From Parcubacteria group bacterium Licking1014_17 (lineage in GTDB: Bacteria > Patescibacteriota > Minisyncoccia > 2-02-FULL-40-12 > IGHO2-01-FULL-4-A): a stretch of DNA of 64,000 bases. A program made the position numbers and the translations under genes. Below are positions 18,664-28,940 of the stretch, one piece after another; positions within the stretch are counted from its first letter, which is position 1; every line of letters begins with the position of its first letter. Location of the stretch: the NCBI GenBank assembly GCA_007376485.1, contig VMGJ01000001.1, positions 113,922 to 177,921 of the forward strand. The letters are read 5' to 3'. The notes under the pieces are model-generated. The model did not search any database. It saw only the letters and a program-made list of their open reading frames with translations, and was not told the origin of the DNA.

Positions 18664-19537
18664 TATTTTTATCGTTATTGTGCAGTATAATCAGGCGAGC
18701 GACACCCTTGCTTGTTTAAAATCGCTGGAATCCGACTTATCGGAAGGGACGAAAATAATCGTGGTTGACAACGACTCCAACGAACCGGACAGAAAAGCCG
18801 TTGCCGATTATTCTTTGAGAAACGGGAATATTAAATTCATTGAGACCGGCAAAAATCTGGGCTACACCGGCGGCAATAACGCCGGAATAAAATATGCGCT
18901 GGAAAACGGCGCCGACTATATTTTCATTCTGAACAACGACACTATTATTAAGCCGGGGACAGTCAGAGAGCTGGTAAATTATGCCAAAAATCATCCAAAG
19001 ATAGGGATTGTATCGCCGGGCGTTGATGAATTGGGCGCGGTTTTTTACGGAGGCAAAATATATTGGTTCAAACCGGAGCTGGAGCACAATTATAATAAAA
19101 ACGGAGGGCCGCTCAAATCGAAAAATACCTATTTATCGGGGGTGGCTCTAATGGTTAAAAAAGAGGTTTTTAATAAAATTGGAATGTTTGACGACCGCTT
19201 TTTCCTATACTTTGAGGATGTTGATTTTTCGGTGAGGGCGAGAAAAGAAGGATATGATTTGGCTGTTGATTCAAGCGTTTCAATTATGCATAATATTTCG
19301 CGCTCCGCGGGCAAGCTGGGTTCGCCGAAGATTTTGAGATACCATTACCGGAATTCCCATCTGTTCAACTCCAAACACGCGCCGATATACATCAGATGGC
19401 TGTTGCCGTTTTGGTCGCTGTCAATCATTATCAGGCAAGCGGTAAAAATTATATTATCCAAAAACACCGCGGCGTCCAGGGCGATTTTACAGGGCGTTTT
19501 TGATTATTACCGCGGTAAATTCGGCATAATATCATGA
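18647..19537 (+). CDS. Glycosyltransferase family 2
   Basis: VVDNDSN..GYTGGNNAGIKYA and NNDTII (DxD-type GT-A). Confidence 0.7.
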   Translation: MSQNLNIFIVIVQYNQASDTLACLKSLESDLSEGTKIIVVDNDSNEPDRKAVADYSLRNGNIKFIETGKNLGYTGGNNAGIKYALENGADYIFILNNDTIIKPGTVRELVNYAKNHPKIGIVSPGVDELGAVFYGGKIYWFKPELEHNYNKNGGPLKSKNTYLSGVALMVKKEVFNKIGMFDDRFFLYFEDVDFSVRARKEGYDLAVDSSVSIMHNISRSAGKLGSPKILRYHYRNSHLFNSKHAPIYIRWLLPFWSLSIIIRQAVKIILSKNTAASRAILQGVFDYYRGKFGIIS

Positions 19538-20664
19538 TAAGAATTGGAATTGAATGCGAATCAATTGAAGATAATTCGTGGGGGATAGGGAGAGTTTTAA
19601 CCAACCTATTGCAGGAACTTTCGGCGCGCTCGGGAGAACTTTCCAAAGAATTTGAATTCGTGCTGTTTTTTAAGTCGCATGTGCCCAATTATTCGTACTT
19701 AAGTTCGTCATTATTTAAAAAAACGCTTCTCCGCCTGCCACTCCAGCCGTTTTCTTCTTTCAGCCTTTATTATTATATTTTTCTACCCCTTTACCTGCTT
19801 TTTAAGCCGGTTGACGTTATTTTTCTTCCGAATTACATGCTTCCGTTTGGAATTAACACTAAAACCCTGGTTATACTCACGGAAGACGTCTATAAAGAAA
19901 TCCATTCCTCGGCTCAAAAAACGCGCTATCGCCTCGCGTATTCAATATTCGCCAATCACGCGGCGCGCGGCGCCACAAAAATAATGACTATTTCCATATC
20001 CTCGGCTATTAATGTTTCAAGGGTATTTAATATAAAACTTGGCCGGATAGTCATTAATCAACTGGGTGTCAGAAAACCCATGAAGATTGAAGAGGGCAAA
20101 AAAATATACCGTGGCAAGTATATATTATCCGTCAGCCAAGCTTTCCCGCGACGCCATTTGAAAGAATCAATTGATGCATTTGAATCAATTGCCGGTGATT
20201 TTCCGGGATTGAAATTTATTATTATCGGAGCTGATAAATACGACCCGCCGATAATCGAGGATATCAAAAATATTGTTAACCAAAGATTGGGTTATGAAGC
20301 GATTATCCACAAGGAATACGTCACGGATGAAGAACTGGCGTTGCTTTACAGCGGCGCCTCGGCTGTCATCTACATATCATTCCATGAAGCTTTCGGCCTG
20401 CCTCCTTTGGAGGGATTAACATACGGCGCCGTTCCGGTTGTTGCCGATACCGATATAACCCGCGAAATTTTTGGTCCGGAAGGATTTTATGTCGAGACTC
20501 CGCATCGAAGTGACGTTATCGCCCAAATTATAAGGGAAGCCCTTTTAAACAGTGAAAAAAAGGAAATGATTAAGAGTATGATTCCTAAAATACTTGAAAA
20601 ATACAGTTGGGGCGCGCATACCGACAGGTTTATTGATATAATTCGTTCGATAGCCAAGTCATGA
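19534..20664 (+). CDS. Glycosyltransferase (group 1/GT4-like)
   Basis: EAFGLPPLEGLTYGAVPVV motif. Confidence 0.6.
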   Translation: MIRIGIECESIEDNSWGIGRVLTNLLQELSARSGELSKEFEFVLFFKSHVPNYSYLSSSLFKKTLLRLPLQPFSSFSLYYYIFLPLYLLFKPVDVIFLPNYMLPFGINTKTLVILTEDVYKEIHSSAQKTRYRLAYSIFANHAARGATKIMTISISSAINVSRVFNIKLGRIVINQLGVRKPMKIEEGKKIYRGKYILSVSQAFPRRHLKESIDAFESIAGDFPGLKFIIIGADKYDPPIIEDIKNIVNQRLGYEAIIHKEYVTDEELALLYSGASAVIYISFHEAFGLPPLEGLTYGAVPVVADTDITREIFGPEGFYVETPHRSDVIAQIIREALLNSEKKEMIKSMIPKILEKYSWGAHTDRFIDIIRSIAKS

Positions 20665-22268
20665 ATATAAAAAAAATAACATCCTTTTTTGTGAGCTATT
20701 ATTTTGTCTATTCTGTTCAGGTAATTCTGTTTGTTCTAATGATTTTAGGCGTATTGCCAAGAAATTTCGTGTTTATTCTCGCGGCTTTGCAAATGGCGTA
20801 TGTGCTGTTCAAGCCAATCCCGAAGGCGCTAGCTTTTTTTATAAGCTCGGTGCCGCTGTTCATAGCTCTCCCGTTGACCGGGTCTTTCGATTCTCTAAAT
20901 ATCTGGCGCCTGCTCTCAATCGCAATTTTTATCAGGTGGACCATCAAAAACCGCATGGAACTTATCGGTGCCACAGAAGATACATTAAGTAAACTGATTA
21001 AAAAACCACTCCAGCTTATCCTTGACCACAAAATTGCCGCTTCAATTATTATTCTTTTTATAATTTCCGCCATTTCTATAACGGCAGCCACCGAACCGGT
21101 TCAGTCAATAAAAAGAATAATTTATTTCATTAATCTTTTACTGGTGCCGATTGTAATTTATGACCAGATAAAAAGGAACGCCCTGCCGATTGAAAATATT
21201 ATAAAGCCCATCGCGACCGCAACAATTTTGGCTGTCGTTGCCGGCTTTGCCCAACTGCTGTCCACGTATCTGGTGGATATTTATAAATTCATGAATATCT
21301 GGGGCGAAAGGATACAGTTTATCCAATTCGGAAGACTTTGGTCGGATATCGCCGTTTATAAAGGCAACACCTGGCTCGCGTATTACGGAGACCAGCTGAC
21401 TTTAAGAATGTTCTCTCTGTTTCCCGATTCGCATTCATTTCCCATTTATATCATTCTGGGGATGGCATCAATCATCACACTGGCGCTTAAAAAAATAGAT
21501 TTTAACTCCGGCGGTTTTAGAAACGTAATCAAATCCAAAATCGGCGTTTTGAGCATAGTTATTCCGTGCGTTATACTCGCTGCTTTTTTGAGCGGCACGA
21601 GGGGAATCTGGGTCGCCGGCGCCGTGGTTATCATCGGGGCGATAATATTCTTATTCGTTTTGGTAAAAAGAAAAATTGATAAACAAAGAGTTAGGGTTTT
21701 TGAATATGTCGGCCTGCTTATGATATTTTTCGTTCTCGCGTATTTAATCGCCCAGCCAATTTTTGCTTCCCCGCAGTTTATGGCATCCAAAGACAGTTCT
21801 TTCCTAAATAGCCGGTTGAGGTCAATTATTGATTTCGGCGAAACATCAAACGCCCAAAGAATCGCGATATACAAAGCAACTTTGAAATCAATAACCAAAC
21901 ATCCGCTCCTTGGCGTAGGCATATATAATTTCCCGGTCGTGCTTGACCAGAAGGTGATTCTTTCAAGAGCCGGTTCGTCCGCGCATAATATTTATCTCCA
22001 CATAGCGGCCGAAATGGGCATTCCGGCGCTGGTAATCTTTCTCGCATTCGTTTATTTATTGATTTCAAAAACCTACGGCAATTTTTCGCGCTCAAACGAC
22101 AAATTCATTATCATACTGAACGCTTCGCTCCTGATTTGCCTTTCCTGGGTTTTGATTTATTCGCTGACCGATGTGGCGCTTTTTGATGAAAGGGCGTTTC
22201 TGATGTTTTCCTCAATATGCGCGATAATCTTCGGAACCAACAGCGGGACCCTAACTTCTTATGGATAA
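20661..22268 (+). CDS. O-antigen ligase/polymerase-like polytopic membrane protein
   Basis: About 12 predicted TM helices, a Wzy_C-like central loop, and embedding among glycosyltransferases. Confidence 0.5.
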   Translation: MNIKKITSFFVSYYFVYSVQVILFVLMILGVLPRNFVFILAALQMAYVLFKPIPKALAFFISSVPLFIALPLTGSFDSLNIWRLLSIAIFIRWTIKNRMELIGATEDTLSKLIKKPLQLILDHKIAASIIILFIISAISITAATEPVQSIKRIIYFINLLLVPIVIYDQIKRNALPIENIIKPIATATILAVVAGFAQLLSTYLVDIYKFMNIWGERIQFIQFGRLWSDIAVYKGNTWLAYYGDQLTLRMFSLFPDSHSFPIYIILGMASIITLALKKIDFNSGGFRNVIKSKIGVLSIVIPCVILAAFLSGTRGIWVAGAVVIIGAIIFLFVLVKRKIDKQRVRVFEYVGLLMIFFVLAYLIAQPIFASPQFMASKDSSFLNSRLRSIIDFGETSNAQRIAIYKATLKSITKHPLLGVGIYNFPVVLDQKVILSRAGSSAHNIYLHIAAEMGIPALVIFLAFVYLLISKTYGNFSRSNDKFIIILNASLLICLSWVLIYSLTDVALFDERAFLMFSSICAIIFGTNSGTLTSYG

Positions 22269-23271
22269 GAATCCGTTAGTAACAATTAATTTGGTTGTTC
22301 TCAACGCCGAGCGCTATGTAAAACTCTGTTTGGACGCCGTTGCCGCCCAAACTTATAAAAATTACGAGTTGAATATACTGGATAACGCTTCAAAAGATTC
22401 AACAGTCGCGCTCATTAAAAAGCACGGGATTAAACACAAGTTGATTTTGAATGAAAAAAATGACGGGATGTGGCTAGGGCAGGAAAAACTTTTGTCCCAT
22501 AGCAGGGGGGAAATCATAGTGTTTTTGTCGGTTGACGTCCTGCTCTCCGCGGATTTTCTGGAAAATGCCGTAAAAATAATGGGTTCGGACGAAACTATTG
22601 GCGCGCTTCAGGGTAAGATTTACCGCTGGCAGATTGATAATGGCAGGCCGGAATATACCAAAATAATAGATACCTGCGGTTTTGAAATATATAAATCACG
22701 GGAAATACTAAACCGCGGTCATGGGGCGGAGGATAGAGGGCAATTCAATAAGCAGGAAGAAATATTTGCCGTTGAGGGCGCTGTGCCGGTGTTCAGAAAA
22801 AAGGCGATTCAGGATTCGCTTTTAGACGGCCATTTAATAGATCCTGAATACTTCTGGTATGGAGAAGATCTGGATTTCGCGTGGCGCATGCGCTTGATGG
22901 GTTGGAAAGAAATATATGACCCCTCTGTAATCGCTTATCATGACAGGCAAACAACAAAAAGAACCAGGTCCACGTTGATAGATTTCATCCGGATGCGAAA
23001 AACCATCCCCATATTCAAAAGGCGGCTTGATTGGCGCAACACCACGGTTACTGTTTTAAAAAACGATTTTGGCTGGAATCTTTTGAAGGATTTGCCGCGG
23101 ATATTATGGCGCCAAATTCCACTCCTTGGTTATTTTCTTATTTTTGAAACTCCGGTGATTTTAGAGGTTTTCAATGTCTTAAAACAACTGCCGAAAATAT
23201 TCCGCCAAAGGCGGGAAATAGCAGCCCGAAGGAAAGTTACAATGGGAGATATGAGGAGTTGGTTTAAATGA
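22261..23271 (+). CDS. Glycosyltransferase family 2
   Basis: An N-terminal GT-A fold (VVLNAERYV..LDNASKD) and a DxD-like motif. Confidence 0.6.
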   Translation: MDKNPLVTINLVVLNAERYVKLCLDAVAAQTYKNYELNILDNASKDSTVALIKKHGIKHKLILNEKNDGMWLGQEKLLSHSRGEIIVFLSVDVLLSADFLENAVKIMGSDETIGALQGKIYRWQIDNGRPEYTKIIDTCGFEIYKSREILNRGHGAEDRGQFNKQEEIFAVEGAVPVFRKKAIQDSLLDGHLIDPEYFWYGEDLDFAWRMRLMGWKEIYDPSVIAYHDRQTTKRTRSTLIDFIRMRKTIPIFKRRLDWRNTTVTVLKNDFGWNLLKDLPRILWRQIPLLGYFLIFETPVILEVFNVLKQLPKIFRQRREIAARRKVTMGDMRSWFK

Positions 23272-23312
23272 AACTCTCGGGGGAATATGTCTTTTCATAG
23301 CCGAAGGTTTTA

Positions 23313-23457
23313 ACTCGCTGGTATGTTTTTCGGGACTTCGTTTTCCCCTGCGAGGAAAATTCATCTAATGAAGTCGCTGTCATTTGTCAAGACATAAAGT
23401 CATTGACAAAACCATGCTGACAATGACTTCAACAGCACTCAAAACACACCAGCTCGT
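23313..23457 (+). repeat. Family C repeat copy C1 (145 bp), TIR ACTCGCTGGT(A/G)TGTTTT / AAAACACACCAGCTCGT
   Basis: Shares the internal block GTCATTTGTCAAGACATAAAGTCATTGACAAAACC.TGCTGACAATG.CTTCAACAGCACTC with 49928-50099 and 35964-36021. A family-B-like fragment (GGGGGAATATGTCTTTT) abuts its left side. Confidence 0.55.
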
Positions 23458-23490
23458 AAGCCATTAAAACACACTAGATTTTTAGCGAGT

Positions 23491-23519
23491 TTGACATGTA
23501 TAAATCTATATGCTATTTT
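23491..23519 (+). promoter_or_regulatory. Promoter TTGACA-N17-TATTTT upstream of the 23569 gene
   Basis: A consensus -35 is followed downstream by AGGAGG and the ATG at 23569. Confidence 0.4.
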
Positions 23520-23568
23520 TGCGTTGTCTTTCTAATTGATGAAACCATTTTAGAAGGAGGGCAAAAGT

Positions 23569-24132
23569 ATGCCACAGATCTTTTTAAAAATAGCACCTAT
23601 TGCGCAATCGGCAATGACCAAGAAAATCATTGCTGTGCTAGATTCTGAGCTCAGCAGGTTGGTTGTGAAGATATGGGATGTGCCCAAGCGAGATACTGCA
23701 TTCACGGCGGAGCATGCCTGTTATGCCCGGGGCGAGGCCGAGCTCCAGTTTGAAGTACGCTATACCGCCGGTAAGGACGAGTATGGCAAGGGCAGCCCCT
23801 TTGACCCTACCGAAGAGGAGCAGGACAAGTTATCCGAGTTGATGGAGGAAAGGGCTCGGGAGGTTTTGGCCAAGGAGGGGATAGGCTTTACGGTCTCGGT
23901 TTGGCCTAAACCGCAATATAACAGCACTTTCAGGGCGTCAACGACGATGAGCTGTAAGGTCGCAAGGAGAAAAATAAAGTCTTACTTTAAAGAAAGACGT
24001 GATGAGCCCCTCGACGATGCTCTTTACAATCACATGACTATCGGCAGCAGTGTTGTCGGGAAACATCATGTTTCTTGCAAATCATGTTGGGAATACTACA
24101 CCGCCATGAAACGGAAACATTGCGGAGGCTAG
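23569..24132 (+). CDS. Hypothetical protein (187 aa) with atypical composition
   Basis: A strong RBS (GAAGGAGGG). GC and codon usage are visibly higher than the neighbours (GAG/CAG/CTC-rich). The C-terminus is Cys/His-rich (HHVSCKSCWEYY..HCGG). No recognisable family. Confidence 0.5.
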   Translation: MPQIFLKIAPIAQSAMTKKIIAVLDSELSRLVVKIWDVPKRDTAFTAEHACYARGEAELQFEVRYTAGKDEYGKGSPFDPTEEEQDKLSELMEERAREVLAKEGIGFTVSVWPKPQYNSTFRASTTMSCKVARRKIKSYFKERRDEPLDDALYNHMTIGSSVVGKHHVSCKSCWEYYTAMKRKHCGG

Positions 24133-24312
24133 CTAACGGTCCCAACAGACAAACAGTGACCAGTTCGTTTTAAATGGCATACCTATGGTTGTTGACGTGA
24201 CATTCAGCGACGAACCCGCCGCATATGTGATCTCTGACAGGAATACTGCCACCCACATATCGGGTAGCCAGCCCATGAACGTAGATAGGTTTCCCCGCCC
24301 TGTATCAGACAA

Positions 24313-24353
24313 AAAGCCCTGTGCTTCGTCCGATGCGGGGCTTTTCTGTTTTT
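24313..24353 (+). terminator. Rho-independent terminator (AAAGCCC...GGGGCTTT then T-run); second copy of the hairpin at 128-167
   Basis: AAAGCCCTGTGCTTCGTCCGATGCGGGGCTTTTCTGTTTTT. Confidence 0.5.
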
Positions 24354-24409
24354 ATAATCTAAAATATAGTATCATATAATCAAAGATTGAAGTTGAGGGT
24401 TGTTTTTTT

Positions 24410-25459
24410 ATGGAAGTTATTAAACCGGAATCATTAAACATCGAGAATAAGCCGCCGAAGAAGAGGCGTATTTTTTCTTTTATCATAGGAATATTTTTTA
24501 TTTTGCTTTTGTATGTCGGACTGTTAAGCGGATTGCTTAGCAGGACTGTTTATATAGACAACGGCAGTCAACAGCAAGTTTCTTTCTGGGGTCGTCTTCT
24601 TAATGTTTTTTCTATTACGGCACCCATAACCACGCCTGACCCAAATCCAATGCCGGAAAAAGACCCCCTTCGGGAAAATATTCTTATTCTCGGAATCAGG
24701 GGTGAGAACAATCCGGAAGAAGGTGGTCTGCTGACCGATACGATGCTTCTTGTCAGCGTGGACAAAAAATCCCAGAAGACCGCGATTATTTCAATCCCGA
24801 GGGACCTTTACGTGGATACAAGCGGGGTTAAAGGAAAAATAAACAGCGCCTATGAAACCGGATATTACAAAAATAAGGGATTGTCTCTGGCGAAAGAAAT
24901 AGTTTCCAGGGTGACCGGCGCTTATGTTGACCACGCGGTTTTATTCAATTTTGCCGCTTTTCAGGAAGTTGTTGATACCGTTGGCGGCATTGATATAACA
25001 TTGGACAAACCTTTTGTCGAGCCAACCCAGTGGGGCTACGAGTTTTCACTGCCCGCGGGCAAGAACCACTTGAACGGCGAGCAGGCGCTTTATTACGTGC
25101 GCTCCCGGTATTCCACAAGCGACTTTGACCGCGCCCGCCGCCAACAGGAAGTGGTTTTTGCCATTAAAGATAAAATTCTGTCATTAAATTTTCTTTCAAA
25201 CCCTTCAAAGATAATAGCGCTTCTGGGCCAGCTTAAGGGCAACGTAAAAACCGATTACCAAGTTTGGGAAATAAATGACGCGGTGAATCTCGCGAAATCT
25301 CTGAATGCGGCGTCTATGCCCAAAAAATACGTTATAGATACGTCTAATTTTCTTTACGAAACCCACACTCCGCAGGGCGAATACATACTCTTGCCAAACG
25401 GCGATAATTACGATAATATCCGTCAGTTCATCGCCCATATATTTGATTCGGTTCAATAA
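24410..25459 (+). CDS. LytR-CpsA-Psr (LCP) family cell-wall polymer transferase
   Basis: N-terminal TM. LILGIRGEN...DTMLLVSVDKKSQKTAIISIPRDLYVD is the LCP signature. Confidence 0.75.
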   Translation: MEVIKPESLNIENKPPKKRRIFSFIIGIFFILLLYVGLLSGLLSRTVYIDNGSQQQVSFWGRLLNVFSITAPITTPDPNPMPEKDPLRENILILGIRGENNPEEGGLLTDTMLLVSVDKKSQKTAIISIPRDLYVDTSGVKGKINSAYETGYYKNKGLSLAKEIVSRVTGAYVDHAVLFNFAAFQEVVDTVGGIDITLDKPFVEPTQWGYEFSLPAGKNHLNGEQALYYVRSRYSTSDFDRARRQQEVVFAIKDKILSLNFLSNPSKIIALLGQLKGNVKTDYQVWEINDAVNLAKSLNAASMPKKYVIDTSNFLYETHTPQGEYILLPNGDNYDNIRQFIAHIFDSVQ

Positions 25460-25465
25460 TTAAAT

Positions 25466-26296
25466 ATGCCAAAAGTTTCAATAATAATCGTGCACTACCG
25501 CGTGCCCGAGCTTCTTAAGCTTAACCTGAAATCAATAGAAAATACCCTCAAGGGCTTTGATTATGAAACAATCGTGGTTGACTGGGGGGCAATCAGAAAA
25601 ACCGCCGATATGATAAAGGAGGGTTTCCCAAATGTCAGATATCTGCCGTTTAAAGAAAACAACGGCTACGCTAAGGGGGTAAATACCGGCGCCGAAAACG
25701 CCAGAGGCGAATATTTATTATTTTTGAACCCGGATATCATCCTCAAAGAAAATTCAGTCCAGAAAATGGTACGATATATGGAGGAACATCCGGATATCGG
25801 CATTTTAGGCCCCAAGCTTCTCGGTTTTGATGGTTTGATCCAGCACTCTTATTTCAGATTTTATAAACCAATAACCGTAATTTTAAGAAGGTTGAGTTGG
25901 CTGGCAAAAATATTCAATCTCCGGCGCGTGATTGACAACTTCCTTATGCTTGATACCAACCCGAATAAAATCCAGACGCCCGACTGGCTGATGGGAAGCG
26001 TCCTGATGGTTTCACGGCAAGCCCTGAATAAAGTGGGAAAGATGGATGAGAGATTTTTTATGTATTTTGAAGACGTTGACTGGTGCCGGCGCTTTTGGCA
26101 AAATGGTTACAAGGTTGTGTATTATCCGGAGGCGGTGATGTACCATTATCATCAGCGGGAATCATATTCCGGTTGGGGGCCGCTGGATGTTTTTGTGAAC
26201 AGGACTACGAGGCGGCACATAAAAAGCGGCTTTAAATATTTTTTTAAATACCGGAACATAAATAAACCGACTCTTAAATTATTACATGAAAAATAA
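25466..26296 (+). CDS. Glycosyltransferase family 2
   Basis: The SIIIVHYR...L...NNGYAKGVN pattern and a DxD motif. Confidence 0.65.
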   Translation: MPKVSIIIVHYRVPELLKLNLKSIENTLKGFDYETIVVDWGAIRKTADMIKEGFPNVRYLPFKENNGYAKGVNTGAENARGEYLLFLNPDIILKENSVQKMVRYMEEHPDIGILGPKLLGFDGLIQHSYFRFYKPITVILRRLSWLAKIFNLRRVIDNFLMLDTNPNKIQTPDWLMGSVLMVSRQALNKVGKMDERFFMYFEDVDWCRRFWQNGYKVVYYPEAVMYHYHQRESYSGWGPLDVFVNRTTRRHIKSGFKYFFKYRNINKPTLKLLHEK

Positions 26297-27494
26297 AATT
26301 CTGATTGTTTTGAGCGTAATACTGTTCGCGGCTGTATTTTTCTGGCTGGGCGCCGAGTACAACACCACTGCCATTGTTGAAACTCCGATACCGTCGGTGA
26401 GCGAAACCACGGTACCCACGTCCACCAAGCCCGCAGGCGTCGATTTTAACACGTTTTGGACGGTCTGGAACCTTGTTCATTCCCAATACGTGGATAACGC
26501 CAAATTAAAAGACCCAGACCTTCTTTACGGCGCCATAGACGGCATGGTGCAAGCCGTGGGAGACCCGTATACGACATTTTTGAGGCCGCAGGACTCCGAG
26601 AGCCTTATGCAGCAAATATCGGGCTCTTTTAGCGGCGTAGGAATCGAAATTGGCATAAGAAACAGCGTTCTTACCGTTATTTCGCCTATAAAAGACAGCC
26701 CAGCCGAGCGTGCCGGTGTTATCGCCGGTGACAAGATTTTGAAGATTGACGGCAAGGATTCTTCCGCTATGAATCAAGACGAAGCCGTCAAGCTGATACG
26801 TGGTCCGAACGGGACCACGGTTAAGTTGACGACCGAGCGCGGCAATCCGGCTACGGAAAAGGAATTCACGATAGTCCGCACGGTGATAAAAATTCCAGCG
26901 GCAAAGTGGAGTATGCTGGATGGGAATACCGCGTACCTGCAGGTGTTTATATTCAATAAAAATATAGATTCCGAATTCAAAAAAGCGGCAAAGGAAATTA
27001 CCGAATCTAAGGCAACGAAAATTATCCTTGACCTGAGAAATAACCCCGGCGGCCTTCTTGATTCGGCGGTATCCGTCGCCAGCTACTTTTTAGATACCGG
27101 CCAAGCAGTTCTTACGGAAAAATTCGGCGACGGCAGGCAGGATGCTTACAAAAGCGAAGCGAATGGAATTTTGAAGAATTATCCGATTGTTGTTCTTATC
27201 AACAAAGGTTCCGCATCAGCTTCGGAAATTCTCGCGGGCGCGTTAAGGGATAACAGAAACGTAACGATAATCGGCGAAACAAGTTACGGAAAGGGTTCGG
27301 TCCAGGTTATTAACGACTTACCAAATAAATCTTCCGTAAAGATTACCATAGCCAAATGGTACACGCCTAAAGGCATATCTATTAACGAAAACGGAATTAC
27401 CCCCGATGTTGAAGTCGTCAGGACAGAAGATGACATACAAAAAAATAAAGACCCTCAGCTTGATAAAGCCATAGAAATTATCAAGAAATTGTAA
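26286..27494 (+). CDS. Carboxyl-terminal processing peptidase, S41 family, with PDZ domain
   Basis: PDZ-like segment GIEIG...VISPIKDSPAERAGV. LDLRNNPGGLL and TSYGKGSVQ carry the catalytic Ser/Lys context. Confidence 0.75.
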   Translation: MKNKILIVLSVILFAAVFFWLGAEYNTTAIVETPIPSVSETTVPTSTKPAGVDFNTFWTVWNLVHSQYVDNAKLKDPDLLYGAIDGMVQAVGDPYTTFLRPQDSESLMQQISGSFSGVGIEIGIRNSVLTVISPIKDSPAERAGVIAGDKILKIDGKDSSAMNQDEAVKLIRGPNGTTVKLTTERGNPATEKEFTIVRTVIKIPAAKWSMLDGNTAYLQVFIFNKNIDSEFKKAAKEITESKATKIILDLRNNPGGLLDSAVSVASYFLDTGQAVLTEKFGDGRQDAYKSEANGILKNYPIVVLINKGSASASEILAGALRDNRNVTIIGETSYGKGSVQVINDLPNKSSVKITIAKWYTPKGISINENGITPDVEVVRTEDDIQKNKDPQLDKAIEIIKKL

Positions 27495-27562
27495 CTATAA
27501 GTTAAATCACCGTTATAAACCAAAGTTTTGATTAATTTAAAATTGTGTGTTATTAATAACAT

Positions 27563-28021
27563 ATGAAAATTGTATTACTGCAAAATATAAAAGGAACCGG
27601 GCAGATAGGGGATATGAAGGAAGTCAGCGACGGATTCGCCAGAAATTATCTCATACCGAACAAAATGGCCGTGGCCGCCTCGGCTTCAGCCGTGAAACTA
27701 TCCGAAACACTGAAGAAACAGCGCCAACTTCAGTATGAAAAAGACGAAAAAACTGCCGAGGAAATCGCGAAGAAGCTGGAGGGTTTTGAGTTAAATATCA
27801 CAGAAACCGCCAATGATGAGGGGCAGTTATACGGCTCTATAGACGCGAAAAGAATCAAAGAAGGGCTTCATGAAAATAAAATTGACGTGCCGGTGGAAGT
27901 CATAGATTTACCCGAACATATCAAAACAACCGGCACCCATGAAGTAAAACTAAAACTTCACCCGGAAGTTGACTCGATTCTAAAGATAAATATTACTTCC
28001 GAAAACAAAACATCCGCCTAA
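27563..28021 (+). CDS. rplI: 50S ribosomal protein L9
   Basis: MKIVLLQNIKGTGQIGDMKEVSDGFARNYLIPNKMAV matches L9. Confidence 0.85.
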   Translation: MKIVLLQNIKGTGQIGDMKEVSDGFARNYLIPNKMAVAASASAVKLSETLKKQRQLQYEKDEKTAEEIAKKLEGFELNITETANDEGQLYGSIDAKRIKEGLHENKIDVPVEVIDLPEHIKTTGTHEVKLKLHPEVDSILKINITSENKTSA

Positions 28022-28036
28022 GCGGATGTTTTGTTA
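28007..28036. terminator. Bidirectional rho-independent terminator (AAAACATCCGC-ctaa-GCGGATGTTTT)
   Basis: A perfect 11-bp stem flanked by an A-run and a T-run, sitting between convergent rplI and rpmA. Confidence 0.65.
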
Positions 28037-28050
28037 AGTGCGAGAATTAT

Positions 28051-28323
28051 TTATATTATGCTTACGATCTTCGATATCTTACTGTTGCCGTCGTATTTTT
28101 TCATTTTCCGGGTAACAAATTTAATTTTCCCGCCCTTAACCGCGTAAATGGTGTCATCTTTACCTATTCTCGTGCCGGGGCCCGGCATGTAATGGCTACC
28201 GCGCTGCCGGATTATAATATTGCCCGGTATCGCTTGCTGGCTCTCAGATAGCTTAATCCCGAGCCTTTTGGACTCTGAATCACGCCCTAATTTAGTTGTG
28301 CCCTTAGCTTTTGTATGCGCCAT
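28051..28323 (-). CDS. rpmA: 50S ribosomal protein L27
   Basis: MAHTKAKGTTKLGRDSESKRLGIK...IIIRQRG matches L27. Confidence 0.85.
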   Translation of the reverse strand: MAHTKAKGTTKLGRDSESKRLGIKLSESQQAIPGNIIIRQRGSHYMPGPGTRIGKDDTIYAVKGGKIKFVTRKMKKYDGNSKISKIVSII

Positions 28324-28386
28324 AATTAATATTTATAACTGGATGTATAAATGTTAACATAAAGCAGGAATAAATCAACATTATTA

Positions 28387-28779
28387 ATGGAAACGACTGA
28401 ATCAGGAAAATCAAAAGTAGGGGAGTGGCTGAATAATTATAAATCGGATATTCTGCTTGCCTTGTCTATTATTCTGGTTGTTTTCATCAGCTACCACATA
28501 GGCAAAATCGCCGCCTATCAGGAACAGCAAAAAAAGATAGTCGTAACAAAAACAGGGGACGCGGCGGTCGCGCAAAAACAAGCCTTGCCATCGGCATCTT
28601 CCAAGCCAAGGAGCGAAAACTCCCAAGTTATTGCTTCCAAAAAAAGCGAGAGCAAACTTTACCACTTCCCATGGTGTTCGGGATACGGCAGAATACTGCC
28701 CGCCAATAAAATAGTGTTCGAAACCGAGGCCGCCGCTATCGCCGCCGGTTATACACTTGCGGGAAATTGCACGAGGTGA
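28387..28779 (+). CDS. Membrane-anchored protein with C-terminal Cys/His 'sunset'-type metal-binding domain
   Basis: One TM helix. The C-terminus YHFPWCSGYGRILPANKIVFETEAAAIAAGYTLAGNC matches the YHxPxC...GYxxAxxC pattern (assignment made from memory). Confidence 0.45.
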   Translation: METTESGKSKVGEWLNNYKSDILLALSIILVVFISYHIGKIAAYQEQQKKIVVTKTGDAAVAQKQALPSASSKPRSENSQVIASKKSESKLYHFPWCSGYGRILPANKIVFETEAAAIAAGYTLAGNCTR

Positions 28780-28940
28780 TAGAATTGCACTTGTCTGTCA
28801 CAGCAGTACCCTTTTCTCTGACCCCGCCGTTTTAACCATCACTCCATGGCAAACGGCAAACGGCGGGGTCCCAATATTATTTGATAGGTCTTGATATAAG
28901 TATTGAGATAGAATATAATACATATTGGAAGAGCCTTTGA

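Noticed and set aside
24185-24379. 64-aa ORF downstream of the 187-aa foreign gene
   Set aside because: It has no RBS and overlaps the terminator hairpin at its 3' end. It is probably non-coding 3' UTR.
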